Notes under the pieces: generated by a model
The model's database searches: none
Seen by the model: only the letters and a program-made list of their open reading frames with translations
Told to the model about the DNA's origin: nothing
Program-made: the position numbers and the translations under genes
In this document: positions 22,045 to 30,075 of the stretch, piece after piece
How the letters are laid out: the number at the start of each line of letters is the position of its first letter
How positions within the stretch are numbered: position 1 is the stretch's first letter
NCBI GenBank assembly: GCA_037443365.1
Contig: JBBIOM010000026.1
Span: 1 to 30,075, forward strand
Direction: 5' to 3'
DNA length: 30,075 bases
Source: Armatimonadota bacterium
Lineage (GTDB): Bacteria; Sysuimicrobiota; Sysuimicrobiia; Sysuimicrobiales; Humicultoraceae

Positions 22045-23298
22045 ATGCCAGAGTACGAGTCCTTCCTGTCCGCGCTGGCGCGCCGGGCAGAGCGCTCCGT
22101 AATCCGGGAGTTGCTGAAGCTGGCACGTCCCGGGAAAGTCATCTCGTTCGGCGGCGGTCTGCCCGATCCGGCCACGTTCCCGATCGCTGCGATCCAACAG
22201 GCCGTGGGTGAGATCCTCTCTGGCGGCGGGAGAACGGCGCTGCAGTACGCGACCACAGAGGGCGATCCGGCCCTGCGCGATGAACTCGCGCGCTGGATGG
22301 CCAAGGACGGAATCGGGTTCGGGCGCGACGACATCCTGATCACGACCGGCTCGCAGCAGGCGCTCGATCTGGCTGGCAGAGTGCTCCTCGATCCGGGCGA
22401 TGCGATCGTCGTGGAACTCCCCACGTACCTGGGCGGGCTGCAGGCCTTCCGCGGCTACGGCGTGGACATGATCGGCGTTCCCCAGGACGACGAGGGCATG
22501 GACATGCAGGCGCTGCGCGCCGTGTTGGCGCGCCTGCGGCAGGAAGGCCGCCGCCCGAAGTTCATCTATGCCGTGCCCGATTTCCAGAACCCCTCCGGCG
22601 TCACCTGGAGCCGACAGCGCCGCGAGCAGTTGCTGGACCTGGCGCGCGAGTTCGACACCCTGATAGTGGAGGACAACCCCTACCGCGAGATGCGCTTCCT
22701 CGGGAGCGCTCCCCCGCCGATAGCCGCGCTTGACCCCGAGGGGCGCACGCTCTACCTTTCCACCTTCAGCAAGACGCTGGCGCCCGGCCTGCGCATAGGA
22801 TGGATGGCCGGCCCCCAGCCTGTCCTCTCGAAGTGCGTCGTCGCGAAGCAGGGGATGGACCTCTGCGGCCCGGCGCTGACGCAGGCGATCGCCGCGGTGC
22901 TACTGGGGCGCGGCACGCTGCTGGAGCGGCTCCCCTCGGTCGTGGGGCTCTACCACCGCAAGCGCGACGTGATGCTGGAAGCCCTGGCGCAGGGGATGCC
23001 CGAGGGCGTGTCGTGGACGCGGCCGGAGGGAGGGCTCTTCCTGTGGGTGCGCCTTCCCGAGGCCGTAGACACCGGCGAGATGCTGAGGTCCGCGCTCGAG
23101 GAGGAAGCCGTGGCGTACGTTCCCGGGCAGCCGTTCCACGCCGACGGAAGCGGCCGCAATACGATGCGCCTGAACTTCTCCTACCCGCCCGAGGACGACA
23201 TCCGTGAGGGCATCGCCGGTCTGTGCCGGGTCGTACGCCGCCGCGTGCCGGACCTTGTCCACACAATCCACAGGAGCGGAACAACTGTTTCGGATTGA
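22045..23298 (+). CDS. PLP-dependent class I aminotransferase (LysN/2-aminoadipate transaminase-like)
   Basis: SFGGGLP, GSQQAL, FQNPSG, EDNPY, STFSK.LAPGLRIG, MRLNFS; start at ATG 22045. Confidence 0.92.
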   Translation: MPEYESFLSALARRAERSVIRELLKLARPGKVISFGGGLPDPATFPIAAIQQAVGEILSGGGRTALQYATTEGDPALRDELARWMAKDGIGFGRDDILITTGSQQALDLAGRVLLDPGDAIVVELPTYLGGLQAFRGYGVDMIGVPQDDEGMDMQALRAVLARLRQEGRRPKFIYAVPDFQNPSGVTWSRQRREQLLDLAREFDTLIVEDNPYREMRFLGSAPPPIAALDPEGRTLYLSTFSKTLAPGLRIGWMAGPQPVLSKCVVAKQGMDLCGPALTQAIAAVLLGRGTLLERLPSVVGLYHRKRDVMLEALAQGMPEGVSWTRPEGGLFLWVRLPEAVDTGEMLRSALEEEAVAYVPGQPFHADGSGRNTMRLNFSYPPEDDIREGIAGLCRVVRRRVPDLVHTIHRSGTTVSD

Positions 23299-23323
23299 CT
23301 ATCTGCGGGTAGTGCGCTAGCGT
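23295..23323 (+). promoter_or_regulatory. Sigma70-type promoter facing a gene-free gap
   Basis: TTGACT (23295-23300), 17 bp, TAGCGT (23318-23323). Confidence 0.6.
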
Positions 23324-23327
23324 CACT

Positions 23328-23420
23328 GGTGTCAGCGGCACGTGGCTGGTTGAGATGGGAGGAGGTACTCCTTCGGGAGCGACCCGGCCTAACTCAGCAG
23401 CAGGCGGCCGCTGACGCTTT
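23328..23420 (+). ncRNA. Candidate structured small RNA (~90 nt), family unidentified
   Basis: 12-bp closing stem GGTGTCAGCGGC/GCCGCTGACGCT, inner stem GCTGGTTGAG/CTCAGCAGC, apical CTCC-TTCG-GGAG; 5' end matches the predicted TSS. Confidence 0.5.
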
Positions 23421-24743
23421 CTACGGATTGGGCAGTCGCGCCGCGGCGTCGGGCGCAAGGAGCACGACGATTGCGCCTCCGGGCTGCGGCGCTTCCTCCC
23501 TGACCGCGAGCCCGCCCAGCGCGTGGGCTATCGCGCGCGCCACGTGCGGTCGGCCGGCGTTGTCAATGACTACCGTCGCGTCCGCATGCCTTGATTCCGC
23601 GCGCACCGCGACCGTCCTGAAGCCCAGCGCTCCCATGCGCAGGGCCACGCGCTGGCCCAGGCCTGGCACGCCGCTCGCGTTCACGACCTCGACCCGTTGG
23701 GTCTTCAGGTCCTCCTCGCCGAGGCCGTAGAAGAGGTCGGCCACGACCGCGCGTATCCGGACCGGATCAGGCTCCCAATAGAGGGGCGCGAAGCTTCCGG
23801 GCAGCGTCTCCACGCGCAGAGGCGCCCCGCGGGCGCGCAGCGCGAACACACCGAGCGTCACGATCTCGCCCCGGGTCAGGTCTGTCTGCGTGTTGCGGGC
23901 GAAGGCGTCCAGCAGCCGCGGTCCGGCCAGCACCGTGCGGGGCTGCCGCAGCTCCCGCACCAGCGCCATGATCACCTGGTGCTGGCGGTTCACACGCCCG
24001 ATGTCACCCAGGGGGTCTTGCCGGAACCGGATGTAGCCCGCGACCTGATTGCCGTTCAGGCGCTGCCGGCCCTTCTTCAGGTCCACGGTGAACCCGGCCC
24101 AGGAGTCCGTGTAGTGCATGTCCTTCTCGACGTCTATCTCGATGCCACCGAGGGCGTCCACCATGCGGGCGAACGAGTCGGGGCCCAGCTTGATGTAGTA
24201 GTCCACCCTTACCCCGAGGAAACGCTCCACGGTCCGAACCGTCAGGCGCGGTCCACCGTAGGCGTACGAGGCGTTGATCTTGGTGACGCCGTGGCGCGGT
24301 ATCTCGACGCGCGTGTCGCGCGGAATCGAGAGCGCGCCCAGGCGCCCTCCGTGCGGGTCGAACGAGACCAGGACGAGGGTGTCAGCGCGCGCGACGTTGA
24401 TCACCTGTCGGCGGTTGTCCAGTGTAACGTCAATCCCTATCAGGAGAACGTTCACGCGGTCGGTCAAGCGCAGCGGCCAGCCGAAGGCCTCGCGGTTGCG
24501 CCGCCCCGCGGCAGCCTCGCCCGTGCCGACCGTCATGTTGCTCAGGACGTAGAGGTAGATCCCCAGGGCCAGACCTCCGGCCACGAGTACCAGGACCGGC
24601 ACGCCCCAGGCCGCGATGCGCCACCAGCGCCGCCGGGCAGGTGGCGGGGGCGCAGCAGGGGCCCCGGGCTCGGCAGGAGGCCCGGGCTCGTCCGACAGGG
24701 CCTGCGGCGCGATGCGCTCTTCGATAGGGGGTCGCTCGGCCAC
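23421..24743 (-). CDS. LCP (LytR-CpsA-Psr) family protein with LytR_C domain
   Basis: TM helix; NVLLIGID, RADT, LSIPRDT, KINASY, RFR...DIGR..RQ; C-terminal VEVVNASGVPGL. Confidence 0.93.
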   Translation of the reverse strand: MAERPPIEERIAPQALSDEPGPPAEPGAPAAPPPPARRRWWRIAAWGVPVLVLVAGGLALGIYLYVLSNMTVGTGEAAAGRRNREAFGWPLRLTDRVNVLLIGIDVTLDNRRQVINVARADTLVLVSFDPHGGRLGALSIPRDTRVEIPRHGVTKINASYAYGGPRLTVRTVERFLGVRVDYYIKLGPDSFARMVDALGGIEIDVEKDMHYTDSWAGFTVDLKKGRQRLNGNQVAGYIRFRQDPLGDIGRVNRQHQVIMALVRELRQPRTVLAGPRLLDAFARNTQTDLTRGEIVTLGVFALRARGAPLRVETLPGSFAPLYWEPDPVRIRAVVADLFYGLGEEDLKTQRVEVVNASGVPGLGQRVALRMGALGFRTVAVRAESRHADATVVIDNAGRPHVARAIAHALGGLAVREEAPQPGGAIVVLLAPDAAARLPNP

Positions 24744-24749
24744 GGGGTC

Positions 24750-24778
24750 ATCTTACGGTAATAGCCCTCCCGGCGCAA
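24750..24778 (-). promoter_or_regulatory. Sigma70-type promoter of the LCP gene (probably leaderless)
   Basis: Minus strand TTGCGC, 17 bp, TAAGAT, then 6 nt to the GTG start at 24743. Confidence 0.6.
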
Positions 24779-24861
24779 CGAAGGCGGCCCCGCACGGAGG
24801 ACTTGCCCCCTGCGATACCTAACTGATAGGTGCCGCCAAGCCACACAGGGGGGCAGATGCT

Positions 24862-25728
24862 GTGAAGGAACTGCGCCTCAACGCCTACGCGAAGGTGAAC
24901 CTGGCCCTGGACGTGCTCCAGCGCCGCGAGGACGGATTCCACGAGGTCGAGACCGTCCTCCACACGATCGCGCTGCACGACTCGATCACGCTGCGCGAGT
25001 CGGGCGAAGGGATCCAGGTCGCCGCCAGCGACCCCTCGATCCCGACCGACGCGGGCAGCCTGCTGCACCGCACGGCCTCGCTCGTGCGCGAGAAGTACGG
25101 CATCGCGCGTCCCGTGGAGATCGAGGTGCACAAACGCATCCCGGTGGCCGCGGGCCTGGGGGGAGGGAGCGCCGATGCGGCGATGACGCTCATCGGGCTT
25201 GCCCAGATGTGGAAGTTGCGGCTAGACCGCCGCGAGCTCCACTCGCTGGCCGCCTGCCTCGGCTCCGACGTCCCGTTCTTCCTGGGCGGCGGGGCCGCGG
25301 TGGCCCGGGGCAGGGGCGAGCGCGTTCAGCCGCTTGCCCCCTTGCCGGCCACCTGGGTAGTGCTGGCCAGGCCGCGGTTTCCGGTGTTGACCGAGTGGGC
25401 CTACGGGCAGTTGCGCCCCGACGAGATCACAGCCCGCCCCGACATACCCCAGCTCCTGGACGCACTGGCGCGCCGGGATCTACCCGCGGTCGGGCGGCTG
25501 GTGGGCAACGTGTTCGAAGGGCTCGTCGCCCGCCACCACCCCATCGTCGCCGATCTCAAGGCAAGGATACTGCGCGGCGAGGCCTACGGGGCAGCGATGA
25601 GCGGGACAGGCCCCACCGTCTACGGGCTGATGGCCAACGAGGCCGCGGCCAGGCACCTTGCGGCGGACCTGACGACGCGTGATGATGTGGATGTCATGGT
25701 GACGCGGACCTTCGCGGAGGAGCGCTAG
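24862..25728 (+). CDS. ispE: 4-diphosphocytidyl-2-C-methyl-D-erythritol kinase
   Basis: AKVNLAL, DGFHE, KRIPVAAGLGGGSADAA, LGSDVPFF, MSGTGPT. Confidence 0.96.
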   Translation: MKELRLNAYAKVNLALDVLQRREDGFHEVETVLHTIALHDSITLRESGEGIQVAASDPSIPTDAGSLLHRTASLVREKYGIARPVEIEVHKRIPVAAGLGGGSADAAMTLIGLAQMWKLRLDRRELHSLAACLGSDVPFFLGGGAAVARGRGERVQPLAPLPATWVVLARPRFPVLTEWAYGQLRPDEITARPDIPQLLDALARRDLPAVGRLVGNVFEGLVARHHPIVADLKARILRGEAYGAAMSGTGPTVYGLMANEAAARHLAADLTTRDDVDVMVTRTFAEER

Positions 25729-26486
25729 TGCCCGCGGCGATCGTGCTGGCCGGGGGAGGACCCGAGCCGCAACTTGCCCCCGGCCTTCCCAACAAGGCGT
25801 TCCTCCGGATGGGCGGCCTGAGCCTTGTTGAACGGGTTGCCTCGGCCCTCCGGGGAAGCCCCAGCATAGGGAGGACAGTGGTCGTGGGGCCGCCCGAGCC
25901 CCTCTTGGCCCTGCTGGGATCCTCGGTGGAGATCGTTCCTGACCAGGGCGCTATGCTCGACAACATCGCCGCGGGCGCGGCCCGGTTCAGGGACGAGGAG
26001 CGCGTGGTCGCGGTGGCCTCGGACCTGCCGCTTATCACGGCCGAGGCCGTGGAGGGCTTCCTGGGGCGCTGCGCCGGCGATGCCGACTTCTGCTACGCGA
26101 TCGTGCCTCAGGCCGCGATCGAGGGTCGGTTCCCCACGGCGCGCAAGACCTACGTGAAGGTGGCCGACGGCACGTACTGCGGCGGCAGCATCGTGCTCTT
26201 CCCACCCCGGGCCCTGGAGCGGATTCGGCCGCTGGTCGAGCACGTGATCGCCGCGCGAAAGAAGCCCTGGCTGCTGGCGCAGATCTTCGGGCTCGCGACC
26301 ATCATGCGGTTCGCCTCGGGAAGGCTCTCGATCGCCGAGCTGGAGGAGCGGGCGCACGCGATCAGCGGGCTCCGCTGCCGCGCTGTCGTACTCGACGGCC
26401 CCGAGATGGCGCTCGACGTGGATGCCGGACGGCCCGAGAACCTGGCCGCGCTCCGCGCGGTCCTGGAACCGCCCCAGGAGTCGTAG
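25728..26486 (+). CDS. MobA-like nucleotidyltransferase (GT-A fold), function unknown
   Basis: AIVLAGG...NKAFL, SDLPLI, DVD near the C-terminus; TAGTG overlap with ispE. Confidence 0.8.
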   Translation: MPAAIVLAGGGPEPQLAPGLPNKAFLRMGGLSLVERVASALRGSPSIGRTVVVGPPEPLLALLGSSVEIVPDQGAMLDNIAAGAARFRDEERVVAVASDLPLITAEAVEGFLGRCAGDADFCYAIVPQAAIEGRFPTARKTYVKVADGTYCGGSIVLFPPRALERIRPLVEHVIAARKKPWLLAQIFGLATIMRFASGRLSIAELEERAHAISGLRCRAVVLDGPEMALDVDAGRPENLAALRAVLEPPQES

Positions 26487-26492
26487 GCAGAG

Positions 26493-27362
26493 ATGCCGCG
26501 CCGGAAGGTTCTGCGCGCACGCCCGGATGCGAGGCGTCAGGGAGGGCGGCTCCGCCGCGGGCAGCGCATGGTCGTGCTCGCCCACGCGCTGATGCAGGGG
26601 CCGGACCGCCTCCACTCGCTGGCCGAGTTCTCCGCGATGCTTGGGGCCGCCAAGTCCACGATAAGCGAGGACCTGGCGTTGCTGGGGGCCGCGTGCTCGC
26701 GCTATGGCCTGGGCCGCATCGTCACTTACCCTGGCGCCTCCGGCGGCGTTCGCTTCCAGCCGCACCGCACGCCGGCGCAGATTCGGCGTCTGGTCGAGGA
26801 GCTCTGCGGGCGCCTCCGGGAGCCGGGACGCGTGCTCCCGGGCGGGTTCCTGCAGACCACCGACCTCATCTCGACGCCGTCCCTGGCCGCGGAGATAGGC
26901 GAGGTGTTCGCCACGCTGTTCTGGGACGCGCGTCCCGACTGCGTGCTGACCATGGAGGTCAAGGGCATCCCGCTTGCGCTCATGACCGCCCGCGCCTTCA
27001 ACGTGCCCATGGTGACGATCCGACGGGAAGGCAAGATCACCGAGGGCCCCTCTGTCAGCGTCAACTACCTGTCGGGGTCGTCCCAGATGGTGCAGACGAT
27101 GACGCTGCCGCTGCGCGCGATTCCCCAGAGGGCGCGCGTGCTGTTCATTGACGACTTCCTGCGCGGGGGCGGCACCGCCCGAGGCGTGCACGACTTGATG
27201 CGCGAGTTTCAGGCAGAGGTCGCGGGCATCGGGGTGCTCGTCGAGACAGAGCGGCCCGCCGACAAGATGCTCGATCGCTACGTCGCCCTGATCACGTATC
27301 ATGGGGTGGGGGCAGATGGTGCTGTGCTGGTGGGACCCAGCCGCTGGATAGCCGCTCTATAG
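26493..27362 (+). CDS. purR: Pur operon repressor, Bacillota type (wHTH plus PRTase domain)
   Basis: AAKSTISED, GASGGV, RVLPGGF, T.EVKGIP, TEGPSVSVNYLSGSS, PRPP loop IDDFLRGGGT. Confidence 0.93.
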   Translation: MPRRKVLRARPDARRQGGRLRRGQRMVVLAHALMQGPDRLHSLAEFSAMLGAAKSTISEDLALLGAACSRYGLGRIVTYPGASGGVRFQPHRTPAQIRRLVEELCGRLREPGRVLPGGFLQTTDLISTPSLAAEIGEVFATLFWDARPDCVLTMEVKGIPLALMTARAFNVPMVTIRREGKITEGPSVSVNYLSGSSQMVQTMTLPLRAIPQRARVLFIDDFLRGGGTARGVHDLMREFQAEVAGIGVLVETERPADKMLDRYVALITYHGVGADGAVLVGPSRWIAAL

Positions 27363-27391
27363 GTCGGCAGGGGCACAGGATGGAGGATGTG

Positions 27392-28744
27392 ATGAGGCCT
27401 GTCATGCTCAAGCGAATCGGCGCACTCGCCGCGGCTGTTCTGATCTGTACCGCCGCCGCACACCCGGCATACGCGCAGGCGCCCAGACCGGTGACGCTTG
27501 TTGAGGCGCTCACCATGGCCGCTCAGAAGAACCACGGGCTGCGGGCCGCCGCGCTCGAGGTCAAGATCGCCCAGGCCCAACTAGCCCAGGCCGAGGCGGC
27601 CAGGTCAGGCCAGATCGCGTTTGCGGGCTCGTACACGCGGGTGAACGAGCGGGCTGGCGCGACGATGGTCATACCGCCCGGAACGATTCCCGGGATCACC
27701 GACCCGATAGTCATCACGCTTCCGCCCCCTGATCCGAACGTCTACTCGGCGGCCATCACGTACCAGGTCCCCCTGCACAGCGGTGGGCGCATAGAGTCCC
27801 AGATCGCGCTGGCACGGGCCAACGCGAGCGGCGCAGGGGCCGCGCTGGAGCGCGCCAAGCAGCAGCTCGTGCTCGACGTCAAGCAGGCGTACTTCCAGGT
27901 GCTCCTGGCCCAGGCCGGCATCGAGGTGGCAGGGCGCGCGGCCGCCGCCGCCGACGAGAACCTGCGCGTGGCACGGGCGCGCGTGGCAGCCGGGGTCTCA
28001 CCCCGCTTCGACGAGGTGCAGGCCGAGGTGAGCCTGGCCAACGCCAGGCAGGGGCAGATCCGCGCGCGCAACTCGCTGGCGCTTGCGCTCCACGCCCTCA
28101 ACGCGCTCGTGGGTCTGCCGCTCGATACGCCCCTGGCGCCGCGCGAGACGATGACCATCGCTCCGGTCCGCGGCGATGCCGCGACCCTGCTGCGCCGCGC
28201 GCTTGAGGGGCGGCCCGAACTGGCCGAGCAGCGCGCCCGCATAGAGATGGCCCTGGCCGCGATCGAGATCGCGCGTGCAGGAGGGCGCCCGATGGTGGCG
28301 CTCTCAGGCGGTCCCACCTACGGCAACGCGAGCGGCACCTCGGCGTCGGCGACCGGCTGGGCGGTCACGCTCTCGGCCACGGTCGTGCTGTTCGATGCTG
28401 GCCTGACGGCGCAGCGCGTCCGCGAGGCCGAGCTGCGGGTCGAGCAGCTGCGCGAGGTCGAGGCCCAGATCCGTCAGGGCATCGAGCTGGATGTGCGGCG
28501 CGCGCTCCTCAACTACTCCTCCGCCGCCGAGGAGCTGGCCACGGCCGACAAGGCCGTTGAGCTGGCCCAGGAAGGTCTGCGCATCGCCAACGTCCGCTTC
28601 GCCGCGGGCGTGTCCACCAACCTCGAGGTCGTGACGGCGCAGGCCTCGCTCTCGCAGGCCGAGGGCAACCGGATCCAGGCGCTCTTCAACGTCAACCTGG
28701 CGCGCGCGCAGCTAGAGCGCGCGGTCGGGGGAGCGGTGGAATAG
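27392..28744 (+). CDS. TolC-family outer membrane efflux protein
   Basis: Signal peptide ending AYA/Q; two OEP-type repeats (VKQAYF, RFAAGVST.LEV); GGAGG SD at 27382 favours ATG 27392 (alternative 27380). Confidence 0.9.
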   Translation: MRPVMLKRIGALAAAVLICTAAAHPAYAQAPRPVTLVEALTMAAQKNHGLRAAALEVKIAQAQLAQAEAARSGQIAFAGSYTRVNERAGATMVIPPGTIPGITDPIVITLPPPDPNVYSAAITYQVPLHSGGRIESQIALARANASGAGAALERAKQQLVLDVKQAYFQVLLAQAGIEVAGRAAAAADENLRVARARVAAGVSPRFDEVQAEVSLANARQGQIRARNSLALALHALNALVGLPLDTPLAPRETMTIAPVRGDAATLLRRALEGRPELAEQRARIEMALAAIEIARAGGRPMVALSGGPTYGNASGTSASATGWAVTLSATVVLFDAGLTAQRVREAELRVEQLREVEAQIRQGIELDVRRALLNYSSAAEELATADKAVELAQEGLRIANVRFAAGVSTNLEVVTAQASLSQAEGNRIQALFNVNLARAQLERAVGGAVE

Positions 28745-28755
28745 GGGGGCCTGCG

Positions 28756-30075
28756 ATGGTGACGCTGCGCGGGCATCGCGTGCCGCTCGTTCCCCTGGTG
28801 CTTGTGCTGGGGCTGGCGATCTACGGCGCGGTGCGCTACTCGGCGGGCCGCGCCGTGGTCAACGAGACGGTCATCGAGGGCTCGGGCACCGTGGAGGCGA
28901 CGCAGGTGCAGGTAGCCCCCAAGATCCCGGGGCGCGTCACCGAGGTGCCGGTCGCCGCGGGTGACGCGGTGGCCGCCGGGGACGTTCTGGTCCGCTTCGA
29001 CCGGCAGGAGGTGGACGCGCAGGTCGCCCAGGCCGAGGCCGCGGTCGCGGTGGCCCGCGTGCGCGTCGGCCAGGCCGAGGTCGCGCTGCGGATGCAGCGC
29101 AGGCAGTCGGCCTCAGCCGTGGACCAGGCCGAGGCGGCGAAGGCCGCGGCGGATGCGCGCGTGCCCCAGGCCAGGGAAGCCGTGCTCCTCCAGAAGGACC
29201 AGTCCGAGCAGCAGATCGCCTCGGCCCGCGCCGCGCTCGCGGCCGCCGAGGCGGCGTCGAGGTCGGCCGCGGACGGCCGCGCAGCGGTGAGGGCCAGCCT
29301 GAGGAAGGCGGAAGGGGATCTCGCGCGCGCCAGCGCCCTGCACCGGGAGGGCGCAATCGCGGCCCAGGCCGTGGACGCGGCCAGGGCCGCGGTCGAGGTG
29401 CTCGCCGCCCAGGAGTCCGCCGCGGCATCCCAGGAAGCCGCCGCCGCCAGGCAGGTGGAGCAGGCACGCGCGGCGCTTGCGCTCGCCGAGGCGGCCGCCC
29501 GGCAGGTCAGCATCCGAAGGGGCGACGTCGCGGTGGCCGAGGCAGGCGCAGGCCAGGCAGGCGCGGCGGCCGCCGGCGCCCGGGCCTCGCTCGATCTCGT
29601 GGCGGCCCGGGAGCAGGAGCTCGCCGCGGCAAGGGCCGCGCTCGCCCAGGCCGAGGCGGCGCTGCGGCTGGCGCTCGCGGTGCAGGCCAACGCGGTGCTT
29701 ACCTCGCCGATCTCGGGCGTGGTGCTCTCGCGCAGCGTGGAGCCCGGCGAGGTTGTCGGCGCGGGCGTGCCGGTGCTGACCGTCGCCGACCTCGGCGAGG
29801 TGTGGCTGCGCATCTACGTCCCCGAGGCGCGGCTCGGCAGGGTCCGGATCGGGCAGCGCGCCGAGGTGTTCGTGGATGCCTTCCCGGGCAGGGCCTTTCC
29901 CGCGCGCGTGACCGAGATCGCCAGCGAGGCCGAGTTCACGCCGCGCAACGTCGCCACCCGCGAGGAGCGTGCGAAGCTGGTCTTCGCGGTCCGGCTGGGC
30001 CTGTCCAATCCCGAGGGGCTGCTCAAGCCCGGGATGCCGGCCGACGGCCGCATCGATGCCCGGACCGGACCCTGA
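28756..30075 (+). CDS. HlyD-family membrane fusion protein (YbhG-like)
   Basis: N-terminal TM, SGTVEA...KIPGRV, long Ala-rich coiled coil, SPISGVV, AEFTP.NV.T.EER, LKPGMP; stop codon at 30073-30075. Confidence 0.92.
   Translation: MVTLRGHRVPLVPLVLVLGLAIYGAVRYSAGRAVVNETVIEGSGTVEATQVQVAPKIPGRVTEVPVAAGDAVAAGDVLVRFDRQEVDAQVAQAEAAVAVARVRVGQAEVALRMQRRQSASAVDQAEAAKAAADARVPQAREAVLLQKDQSEQQIASARAALAAAEAASRSAADGRAAVRASLRKAEGDLARASALHREGAIAAQAVDAARAAVEVLAAQESAAASQEAAAARQVEQARAALALAEAAARQVSIRRGDVAVAEAGAGQAGAAAAGARASLDLVAAREQELAAARAALAQAEAALRLALAVQANAVLTSPISGVVLSRSVEPGEVVGAGVPVLTVADLGEVWLRIYVPEARLGRVRIGQRAEVFVDAFPGRAFPARVTEIASEAEFTPRNVATREERAKLVFAVRLGLSNPEGLLKPGMPADGRIDARTGP

Noticed and set aside
23255-23320. 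Replication origin
   Set aside because: Only one good and one weak DnaA box, no AT-rich unwinding element, no dnaA/dnaN context.
23325-23420. tRNA-like reading on the minus strand (stem followed by ACCA)
   Set aside because: No T-loop, D-arm or anticodon arm; the promoter and UUCG loop favour the plus strand.
23329-23730. 133-aa plus-strand ORF, and a 19-codon ORF (MGGGTPSG...) inside the hairpin
   Set aside because: No recognisable motifs or suitably placed SD; the longer ORF is mostly antisense to the LCP gene.
29010-29700. Repetitive GCC/GCG/CAGGCC sequence
   Set aside because: Explained by the Ala-rich coiled coil of the HlyD protein; not a DNA repeat array or CRISPR.

Overview
High-GC bacterial chromosomal segment with about 26 CDS, almost all on the + strand; I saw no rRNA, tRNA, CRISPR array or mobile element. 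Left to right: (1) the 5' end of a secreted protein gene on the minus strand; (2) a 9-gene DeoR-headed catabolic operon (BtpA/SgcQ, FGGY kinase, SDR, sugar-type ABC transporter without ATPase, CodA-like deaminase with altered active-site motif, creatininase-family amidohydrolase); (3) ligA, a GerMN protein and a 371-aa protein with a C-terminal Hfq/Sm-like domain and a possible internal start; (4) a propionyl-CoA to succinyl-CoA cluster (carboxyltransferase, inserted GNAT, biotin carboxylase, BCCP, methylmalonyl-CoA mutase catalytic subunit, MeaB-epimerase fusion); (5) a Bacillota-like yabE-rsmA...ispE-purR block interrupted by an aminotransferase, a candidate ~90-nt ncRNA with its own promoter, an LCP gene and a nucleotidyltransferase; (6) a TolC-HlyD pair indicating a diderm envelope. 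The best leads are the Hfq-domain fusion or nested gene, the candidate small RNA with DnaA- and LexA-like boxes upstream, the orphan catabolic pathway, and a recurring SigH-like promoter motif. All calls come from reading motifs by eye; no database searches were run.
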